Assembly: GCA_965603825.1 (NCBI GenBank)
Contig: CBFDEM010000033.1
Location: 682,001-746,000, forward strand
Length of the DNA stretch: 64,000 nucleotides
Reading direction: 5' to 3'
From: Blepharisma stoltei ATCC 30299
Lineage: Eukaryota > Protista > Ciliophora
A program made the position numbers and the translations under genes. Positions 24,721 through 35,200 of this stretch are shown here, piece after piece (position 1 is the stretch's first letter; each line of letters begins with the position of its first letter). The notes under the pieces are model-generated. The model searched no databases. It saw only the letters and a list, made by a program, of their open reading frames with translations, and had not been told where the DNA came from.

Positions 24721-27303
24721 ATATCAATACTGACCAATCACATTTGTTAAATGGTAGTTCAACTAACTTTTAGTTGATAAAAGCTTTATTTTTATAATTT
24801 TTTTATTGCAAGGTTGGAGTAAGAGATAAAAATAATTTTCAAAATAATTACCTACATTTCAGAAAGTTGAAGCTAATTTGCCATCTTCAAATGCTTAATT
24901 TTAAGCTTTTAATAGAAGTAAGCATTATTCGAAATAAGGAAAAATCATCACGAGTCTCAGTAATTCCTATTATGAGGATTAAAAAATTAATTATTTATGC
25001 TATTACTTTTCATTCAGTTTTTTATTGCTTGGTTATTTTTGTAAGTCTGTAATGTCTAAGGAAACAGCCTAATATGGAGGGCATTTTCTATCAAATTGAA
25101 TTTGTCTAAAATGATAATAATATTTGTATAATGAATAAGGCCAATTATCTGCCCAGCATTATAACATCCTATATAATACAAAGTGGCATATTCGCATGTT
25201 AGTTTCATATTTGAAGGAAACCAATAAAAATGTCTTTACTAGACTTAAATCATTTTAGCTATTTTGCCATTTGAATTTTGCAAAAATGGATATGATATTG
25301 AAACAGAACTAAAATGATGTTTAAAAGAATTAATAGATGATTTATTATAATTTTTAACAATGGAAAAAGTATGTATTATTTTACAATTCTATATTTATCA
25401 AAACTAAAAGTGATAAAAGCTAATTTTTTAATACGCATATAGAAATTTTAAAAAAATAGATTTGCATTGGGCATTCAATTTATATTAAATTTGAGTATAG
25501 CATATGTGCTATTTTTAGCGGGCTAAGCAATAATATGAGATTTAATTAAGATTTCAACTGCAATTTAAATGTTATGCATATAATAAAGCCTTAAATCGAA
25601 TCTAAAACAATATTATTGCTAAATAAACGCTGATTTTGCTAAAAATATTAGGTTTAATCGTAAAGACAAGTATTTGCTTGTTTCTGCCAAGCTGCATATT
25701 TTTAAAAATTTGCATAACTAGAGCATCTTGTATACCGGGATACATCATTTTTTGATTTTGGCGCCAATCTTTGATTTATGAGTAAAAAATAGCTAAGTAA
25801 TGAGAAGTTTTCTATTACTTTATTAGCCTTAGCATGGTGGTTATAATATTTTTCTAGCTGATATCCTAGGTCAAAAACTTAAAAACTGTCCCTATGGTAA
25901 ATTATTAACAACTTAAGAGTATTAATGTTTAATAGATTGGCAAAATTAAAATCATTAATTTAATTTATTCTAATGATAAATAATAATTTTCTATTTAAAA
26001 ATTTTCAGTAATTTCTCCAAATATGAGAATCTCGAATAAAACATTCTTAAGCAAAAATTATTATAAAAAATACACTAAATTAATATAGATTTTGTAATTA
26101 AACGTAATCCATGCGACTGATTTCCATTTTCATTATAATTGAAATTAATATTAATGAAAAATTTTCACTCACTTGTGTTGCCTCAATTATTATGCTAAGT
26201 TATTCACATTTTATTATTAATCAAGGTTGCTCTAAGTCATTTATTATCTATGGAGAAGAAAATTTTGTGACAAGCCATTCTAAAGCCATCCCAATAAATC
26301 ATCAGAAACTTGCATTAAAATTTATATGAAATCATATTTTATTTTTACAAATACATCATCATGGCTTTATTACACAAAGATCAAGCAAAGAGAGCATCCA
26401 ACCATCAAGGCGATTCAATATAAAATCATACAGTTTAGCAAGGCTCTCTAACTTCAACAAATAATTATGCTTGATAATTGCTTTTGTTTACGCCAGTTAA
26501 AATTTTATAACGATTCAATCTACTCATATAAATTTATACTAAGAATTTGTAATGAAGATTAGTCCCAATAAAAAATACTCAGCCAGCAGAATTCAAATAA
26601 ATATTAAGAAAAAGGGATAGAACTATTGTTGACTTATATAAAAACGCATATAGGATGCCTTCTATAATTCAAGCTCTCAAGCCAAAAATGTGATTCCCAG
26701 CCCCATTAAATATTTTTCTTATGGCCTTAGGATCTCACATTATATTGAACCTTTATTTTAGGTTTACAATGGCCATGCAAAAGTATTGTTTTAAAGCTTT
26801 TCTAAGCAACAATTATGAGATATTTGGTAATAACTGAATACAAATCAGTATTTTAAAGCACTATTAAGACCTTTCTCTGGTGCTTTAGTTCATTATACAT
26901 CACATGAATCCAAAATCCCATTCCTCGCAAATTTCTTTCCATTATGTCTTTAATTATTTAAATCAGCCCTATAAAAATTCGATCTCGCATTTTTTCAGGC
27001 TTAAATTTCAATTTGGTAAATATATAGCAGTAAATAGTTTGCTACAAAGCGAGCTCATTTTTCAATTCATAGTTGTCAGTCAACTGTAAGAATAAGAGGT
27101 CTGCTTATAATACCTCTAATAATCAACTCTAGCCTTATGCAATACAAATAAAATTAAATTAATCCCATTTTCCGTGCACAAAATCAAAACAAATAAAATA
27201 TTTTGTCAAGATGGTGAAGTATATTGAGTTCTTCGTTTGAATCAGATTTTGCTTATAATAAGCTTTAAATTAGTAAAATTATGGGCCATATAATTAAATA
27301 ATC

Positions 27304-29746
27304 ATGGCAGCTGGAAGACCAGAACTGAGACTGATTGAACAATCTTTTTCTAACCTCACCAATATTGAACGTGGAAAGGTAAAAACCATCACAGTTCGGA
27401 GATATTCTTAACACCTGCAAGCTCCAAGGGATCGAAATCCCCAACTTACTAAACCAATTGCAAAGGCTCGACGGACGACAAAACGAGACCGAAAACACAT
27501 GGGACGAAGACTTCTGGGAGTGCAAATGACAGATCAACACTGCTCTCGGTGATTTTTATACAGTGAGTGGGCGACAATTAGCCCGATGGGGTTGTGCTGC
27601 AGCTGCACTGGACGGAAAACTCTACATGTTTGGAGGCCGTGGGACTGACTCCCGCACACGTAACTCATGCCACGTCCTAGACCTCGCCACAAACCATTTT
27701 AGCGCCCTCAAAACCAGCAATATCCCCGCCTCCAGAGAAGGTCACTCTATGGTCGCTTATAAGCATTATCTCGTTGTCTTTGGAGGCTGTGAGGGCGGCG
27801 AGGACAAAACAGACCCTTTTGATGACGTCTGACTTTTAGACGTCCAAACCAAAAATTGGCGCTGTCCACCCGTTTTGGGCAAAAAGCCAGAATTTCGGGA
27901 CGGACATGCGGCAGGGGTCATAAAATCAGATATGATTGTATATGGAGGAAATGGGATAAACACGCTTTATGGGGACATGTACATGCTGAGCCTGAAGAAT
28001 TTTGAGTGGAAACTGCTGGAACAAGAAGGAGATATCCCAGGGCCAAGGGAAAGTATGGGGTTTTGCACTGCGAGGGATCGGTTATATGTGTTTGGCGGCA
28101 ATGTGAGTGAGCCGACGAGGGATGAAGACGAGTATACCAATGACCTGTATGAAATTGAGGTCAGAGGAACAACAGCCCATATAAAACACTTAATTGCAGA
28201 GTCACAAGCCCCACCGAAAAGGCTGTCACATTCTATGACGAACTTGAATAATGACTTTCTCATTGTATATGGAGGGGAAAGTTTTGGACAGGCTATGAGC
28301 GATATTTGGGTTTATAGCATTGATAATAATATATGAAGAGAACTACAGCCTAAAAACAGCATTACAGGAAGATCTACACATGCCGCGTGCACTTTCAAAA
28401 ATTCCTTTATTGTGTTTGGCGGCATGGGCAATGAAAAACTTGCAAAGAGTGATCTTGTTATCCTGACCTTTGGAGAAGGCAAAATTGATATGAATAACGT
28501 CAGTGGTATAAATCCAAAGCGAAAATATACAAAATTATTGACAGTTTCTGGGAAACCTAACCCAGCTCCAGTCTCATCAGCCCAAAACAATTTTAACTCC
28601 TCGTCTCCCAACTTAATGTGTAACAGTTGTGGCCATTCGTCTTCCACATGTTTATTTCTTGAAAGATTTCCTGAGCTGTCTTACCCAAGATTTCATTATT
28701 TTTCTAAAGCACAAATTCCTTCACAAGTTATTGAAAATTTAGCTAATGAGTTTCATGATCCTTTTAGTGCGATATTAAGGATAGCGCAGATCATCGGTAA
28801 TGAAAAGGTAAATATTAGATCAACTGGCTATGTTTCTATGAGAGGCAAAGAATGTGTTAAAATCATAACAGAAGAAGATAGCAGCGACATACCTGAAAAT
28901 GTTGAAGATAATGCAAGTGACAGCAAACAAAGCTCTCATAACTCCTTTGGAGGAGATTCAGAAAAAAAAGTGATGATTTTAGAAATTTCATGCACCAAGT
29001 GCTTGCTAACACCATACGCTGTAGGCCATTTTTGTGCTGGAACAAGTACAGAAAATCTATTGGGTTCGATGTTTAAGCTTTCTCCAATCGCAATTATCGT
29101 GTCAAAAAATGAAGAGTTCTTGACTGTAACTCTAATTCAAAAAAATCAGGACTATACACCATGTTTTTTTGTGATTTTTGATAGTAGTAATCAGCCAATT
29201 TTTCCTGTTAAAGAGCTAGTGCAGCCAAATTTTTCAAATGTGTTGAAAAGAAGCCACTTGAACCCTGGCATGCTTTATTCGCATGGCTTGGGGACTACAA
29301 TTTACTTGTACCCAGAAGAGCTCAGTGCTAATGGTGATTCAATTTTGTATAAAAATATTTCGCTTCAAGATTTCCTTAGTTATGCATTCTATAAGTCGCC
29401 ATTTCCATATGGCTTTATGGTCAATAATCAGCCAGTAGAAGAGAAAAATCTCAAAGAAGCAGAAACTGTTGAGCTCCTCAAGACCTCTGAGTACCGTATA
29501 ACTAAAAAATCTGATATAACGAAATTTGGCTTGCTTATATATAGGAACAGCAGACTTGTATACTGGGAGTTGCATGAACATGTTGGCAGGAGACACCGTG
29601 AAACTCATGCAATAGTTGTAAAACTCTTAGATGACAACATTATTTCGCCAATGACTTATATGCTAAAATGGGGTAAAGCAGCTATCAATTTGTTTGCTGA
29701 TCTGAGTCAAAATTCGCTGAAAAAGCCCAAGCATTCTGAAGACTAA
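27304..29746 (+). CDS. Kelch-repeat beta-propeller fused to a degenerate MORC-type GHKL/S5 module (~808 aa)
   Basis: ATG at 27304, 16-nt intron 27379-27394, TGA(Trp) at 27527, 27830 and 28334. Six YxFGG/YGG kelch repeats. The C-terminal half has HDPFSAI, GSMFKL..IIVSK, GTTIYLY, SLQDFLS and GLLIYRNSRL, collinear with MORC motifs. Confidence 0.8.
27379..27394 (+). other. 16-nt spliceosomal intron
   Basis: GTAAAAACCATCACAG; needed to join the ATG at 27304 to the kelch frame. Confidence 0.7.
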
Positions 29747-30072
29747 ATAATGAGATTTATTTTGATAAAAATATAAGTTTAATTAAAATTCATCAAAGTA
29801 TTAAGGAATTTTTGGTTAAAATAGCGACTTTATAAGTCCAGCGAACTATTAGATTAGCTTATATAAGGACATTTTTAGTAGCTAAAATAATAACTGCAGC
29901 ATTTGAGTTATTTGTTAGGTCAAAAATATTAGTAATAGCAGAATAAAAATAATTTTTATAAGCTTATCCAATGTGGAATTAACAAATTATTTTTAAATTT
30001 TATGCAAATTTACCTTTATAATTGTTGAAAATAGCGTTAAAATAAATTAGCATGCATTATATATAAATAGAA

Positions 30073-31041
30073 ATGGGAAATTGTATAGGAAAAGATAATA
30101 GACATAGACAATCTCAACAATTAAATCAAAATTTTAATGCCCAACCTCAACAGCAGCAGCAAATGCAGCTGCAATCACAGCCTCAGCCACAAGCTCAGAT
30201 GACTGCTGCCCAAACTGCATTCATTTATCAATCTCTTTACCAAACACACGCTTCAAATGGTCGTCAATTATCACAGCAGCCTGCACGACCAGTTCCACAA
30301 CAGCCTATGCAGCCTCCTCCACAAGAGCCACTTATAAAAACTGCAGTTGGTATGAAATGCTATTCCTCAATAAACAAAAACTCAATTAAATTAATTCCAA
30401 AGCCAAACGAACCCAATACTTATAGCATTGAATTCGAAATTGTTACCACTTATGAATCCCATATGACAATATACTTTTTTGCCCAAGAGATGGTTGATAT
30501 AAAAGGTATTCCTTACTTTTATGTAGACACAAGTAAATATCCGCCTCCTCAATTTTATAAAATTCCAGTTGGAAACCAAAACTTCCAAAATTTGTGCTTT
30601 ATTAATACTGCCCAATACAAAATTGACGAATTATTTTTCAAAAATAAACAAATTTATCCGATTATTGTAGAAATTTTGCCTATTTATGACTTAAATTTAA
30701 TGCCTCCACAATCACAAGCTACATATTTCATATTCAGCAGGACTCAAGAAAATTTATCATTAAAGCCTATACGACAGAAATTCACAGTTTCAGGGGTCTC
30801 TTATGAATTAATGGAGATTTTTGGGTCTTCAAAAGAAAATGATGAGGATTCTAGAGAATGCATTATTTGTATGGCAGAAACAAAAAATACTGCAGTCATG
30901 CCATGTGCACATGTGTGTCTGTGTGAGGCGTGTGCATTATTAATTCAGAAAGAAGCAAAACCGAAATGCCCTATATGTAGAGGGAAAATTAAAGGGTATA
31001 TGAAGATAGAAGCAGCGGCTGAAAAAAATGATGGTAAATAA
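30073..31041 (+). CDS. LOG2/MGRN1(RNF157)-like RING E3 ubiquitin ligase
   Basis: MGNC N-terminus (myristoylation/palmitoylation-type), Q/P-rich tract, DAR2-like region (TIYFFAQE..YELMEIFG), and C-terminal CIIC..MPCAHVCLCEAC..CPICR. Confidence 0.88.
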   Translation: MGNCIGKDNRHRQSQQLNQNFNAQPQQQQQMQLQSQPQPQAQMTAAQTAFIYQSLYQTHASNGRQLSQQPARPVPQQPMQPPPQEPLIKTAVGMKCYSSINKNSIKLIPKPNEPNTYSIEFEIVTTYESHMTIYFFAQEMVDIKGIPYFYVDTSKYPPPQFYKIPVGNQNFQNLCFINTAQYKIDELFFKNKQIYPIIVEILPIYDLNLMPPQSQATYFIFSRTQENLSLKPIRQKFTVSGVSYELMEIFGSSKENDEDSRECIICMAETKNTAVMPCAHVCLCEACALLIQKEAKPKCPICRGKIKGYMKIEAAAEKNDGK

Positions 31042-31514
31042 TATTAAATTAAATTTTCTTATTTTTAATTATATAAAAGGACTAATAGCATAGTGAATAT
31101 TATATAAATGTTTTGCAAAAAAGTCTTAAACTCATTCTTTTCTGCATCTGCATCTAATGCTGGATTAGATTACATTTTATTATAAGAAGAATATCCTCTA
31201 TTTAATAAAATTGAATTTAGTTAAAAAATGGAACTCACCTGTTCTTCTCCAATTCAGAGCTCTTTTCTTTGTGCAGCGAGTGATTTGGTAAGATCATCAC
31301 GTTGCCCTTCAATTTTATCACCAAAATCGTCAATCTTCTTTCTCTACTTGAGGAGTTCATTTCTTTCTTGATTTATCCAGACGATGCAATATATTATTAA
31401 TCTTAGACTTAATGTATATATACAATCAAAATAGTGAATTTTTGAAGCATATAAACTTTTGAAGATGCATAAAGCATGATAAAAATAATTAAAATAAAGT
31501 TCCATTAATAAATA

Positions 31515-32255
31515 TTAAGATTTTCTAGGCAAGTCAAAAACAATTGGAGGGTTTGTCGGTCTATATCTTAATGTGCAGGTAGACGCATTTATGAAATGGG
31601 TGAAGCCATTGTTATACACCCCGTATGCTTCATGGATATGTCCAAAAAGATGGACTTTTGGCTTAATTCTTTCTACAGCAGTCTTCAATTCTTCACATCC
31701 TGCATGAAAACCATCATCACAACCATCAAGAATTGCATATGGTGGCCCATGGGTAATCAAAATTTCTGTATCTTCAGGTATTTTCCTCCATTTTTCAGCA
31801 ATAACGCTTCCTCTTTCTGCATTAAAACCCCAGTCATAAAAAGTTGGAGTTCATGGACTTCCCCAAATTTTGTACCCAAAAACTTCTACGCCAGTTTCTT
31901 CTAAATAAATACAGTGAGTTAGCAGAGCTTTGGTAGCATCTGAATTTATAGTTGGATTCAAGCTAAAATTACGAATAAGGGTTGGTAAATTTTCTTTATC
32001 AAAGGACAAGTCATGGTTCCCAGCAATAACAACTTTATATCTGTGTGGCAATCTCCCTAAAAAATTATTAAAATTAACAACATCATCTGTACCGCCACAA
32101 TTAGTAAAATCTCCTGCATGGAGCAATACATCGCCATCAGGAACTTTAAACTTCTTTCCTACTTGGTTATGGGTGTCGGATAGGCATACAAATCTGATGA
32201 ATTCTTCAGATTTCTCAATCTCGCCTCTGTGAACTCTAATCTGTTCTGACTGCAT
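31515..32255 (-). CDS. Calcineurin-like metallophosphoesterase, MPPED1/2-like (~246 aa)
   Basis: SDTH, HAGDFT, IAGNHD, GSP-W(TGA)-TP, LITHGPP, FGHIHE. Confidence 0.92.
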
Positions 32256-32271
32256 ATTTAATATTTATTAT

Positions 32272-35200
32272 TTATGTCTGAATCTGAGACGAATTTAATT
32301 TTTTGGTTGGGATAAAAGCACTTGCATATGAGATTGTTGGCTTCACCATCTCTGAACCTTTTTGGACTACTAATAGAGGCAGCTTGATTTTACTGAGCAC
32401 AGGGACACTTAAGGTGCTTCCGCCTGACATAATTCCAGGAGGGATTCCTGTAACGTTGATATTTGTTAAGTACGCTACCCTACTTTCATCATTAGAAATA
32501 GCAAAAATCCACATATGGCATGTTTTACATTTATAAAGTCCCCACTGATCAGCTCCACTTCTCCAGGGTCTTTTTTCAATAACCTTAAACAGCTCCGCAT
32601 TTGCATCCAAATTCAAAGAATTTAAAATCACTTGCTCTTGGTTTTTGTTCTGAGTTAAAGGACCAACCAAGAAATCGTCTTTATCAGCAAATCCCCAATG
32701 CAGAGAATCCCATGATAGTCCATGCATATCTTTAATTGCACTTAAAAAGTCCCCACAGCCAGGACTTGGGCAGTCTGAAGTGTCTACATTTCTATACTGT
32801 CTCGCACAATTGCAATTTTTATTAGTCTGGTACTTAGGGTCAGCCAAATGTCTCTTTAAAATTATTGTGCAGCTCCCACACAAGCACTGATACCTAGGAT
32901 ACCTCATCAGATATTGGCGAATTTTGCTTTGCTGAAGAGTCCATATCGAAAGCTGTGCCAAGCAGTCCTGAGGAAGATCAAAAAACATAGATTGGCTATT
33001 AATCAAGCTCCAAGTCTCATAAAAACTAGTCACAAAAATCTCACTCAAGCATGCTAGTAGACAAACCCTAATGCTCAATTCTTCATTTTCTACAAAAGCT
33101 ACCCTTCCTTTACTTATATGAGCTGCCTTTAAAAAGTCCAGAACACCAGCTAAGCTCTGCAACGGAGAAGGCCCTACCATGATATTTTGGAACCTCCTTA
33201 GTGCTTGCTCGTCAGACCCTGAATGCACAATGTGGGTTATTCCTAAATTTGACATCCACACGGTATTATTTTTCAAGAATTTTGAAGAGCATAAATACAC
33301 GTCATGGGTGATCCTCATAAAAGAAGGACTTGTCTTGTTTTTTGACTCTGCAGCACAAAAGGTAAGTGACATCATGGAGACGCAGCTGTCTAAGACTTGT
33401 TCAAAAGAAGAAAAACTTTGGATTTGGTGGCTTGAAGGAGGGCCTCTAGGGATTGCTGGAGCACTTACAAGCAAAGCATGTAAGTGCTCGAATCGTTTTA
33501 AGACGTTGTCAATGGAAGGACGATGTCTGGGATCTCTGACTAACATATAGCGTAAAAAGTCAATGAGATAAATATTGTTGTGAATTTTTTCTAGTTTTTC
33601 TTCAATTAATAATTCTTCATTATAAGTAGTGCATCTAATAAAAAATTGTATCCAGTCAGGATTATAAAACAACAAATCGCCAGTAAGAAGCTCATAAAGT
33701 AAACACCCAAGTGACCATATATCAGAAGCTCTTGTGGTCCCAACTTTACGTCTCCTATCATACTTATCAGTCTCTTTTTTTACAGCTGCTGTCAATAGCA
33801 GCATTTCAGGACTTTTTATATACTCAGTCCCTTTATTAGCCAAACAATTTTCATCATCAGAGTTTACAAACATTCTGCATTCTCCAAAATCCCCAATAGT
33901 AACCTGACAATCCTCAATAGGATCCTCCAGCAGCACATTGTCACATTTTAAGTCATAATGAGTGACATTATGTCTGTGAATTATTTGTACCGCTTTTAAT
34001 ATTTCTCTATAAATTGTAAGGAATTTTGGGATATTTTCTTCAATTGTGCCTTGGACTTCTGTCCTTCAGTCTTTGAGGGACTTTGGGTAACGCTTCATTA
34101 CAATGTAGTAATCGCTGCCGTCTACACCATAGTCATAAAGATCGGTGACACATCGCTCCAGTCTGAATTCTTCAAGACAAGCAATTTCGGTAAAAATGTC
34201 GTGCAATACGCACCGGTCATGGATTGCTTTTGGGATCGGCATTTTTTTAATTGCTACTGTTATAGGCTCGCCTAGTCCTGTTGAGCACTCATAGACTGTA
34301 CCATATGCTCCAGTTCCGATTTTTTTCCAGTTCTGGTACATAGAGCTGTCAAAAAATTCAATTGAGAGAAGCTTTAGTAGCCTTTGGCCAGCTAAAGGTG
34401 GGACGATGTGACCAACTAATTTTTGAAGCTTGGGGAGAATGTGGACATTTAAGGGATAGTTAATATGATGGTGCAGTAAAAATAATACATTTGATTTCCC
34501 AGCATCACTAGGATGTTGCGCACAATAAAGCTCCTCTAGTGTTCCTCTTGTCGGGGTCAGCAGCAGGCAAAAAATCAACGCCAAAATGCTTGCCTGCAGA
34601 TCATCGTCAGAATAAATTTCTCTCTGCTTTCTCTGCTGCTCATAAAATTCATTTTCTTTACACATCTCCTGCTCATCCAGCTGGTTTTCAATTTCACTTG
34701 ATTTTTGTTTACTTTCAAACATAGACAGCTGCATTTTTTGTGTCCCGTCCAGTGATGTTTGGATCCTTGTCAACTCATAATTTTCATGTTTTTTGCCATC
34801 TCCTTCAAGGCATTGTTTGACAAATTCTTGTTTTTCGATTTCTTTTTTTTCTGGGTCTTGCGTCAAGGAGCCAATTTTTAAGGATGGAATTAGAGGTTTT
34901 TTGATCATTGGGGAAGGTTTTAGGTTTTCTACGAGGGAGTCGACTTTTATTATTGGGACTTCGGGAGGGTTTTGGGAAAGCTCTGGACCGAGGCTTAAGC
35001 TGGGGATTTTGAGGCTAGCTTTGGACTCTTCGGATTTTGAGCTTGTGAGGGAGGGAGGAAGGTTGAGGCTAGGAATTTTGAAAGGAGGCTTAGAACTTGT
35101 TTTTGGCTCGATGCTTGGGAATTCTGGGGATTTTTTGATTTCAGGGTTCGCAGGCTCGAGCTTTAAAGATGGAATTTCTGGTTTTTTATTCAGATTTGGG

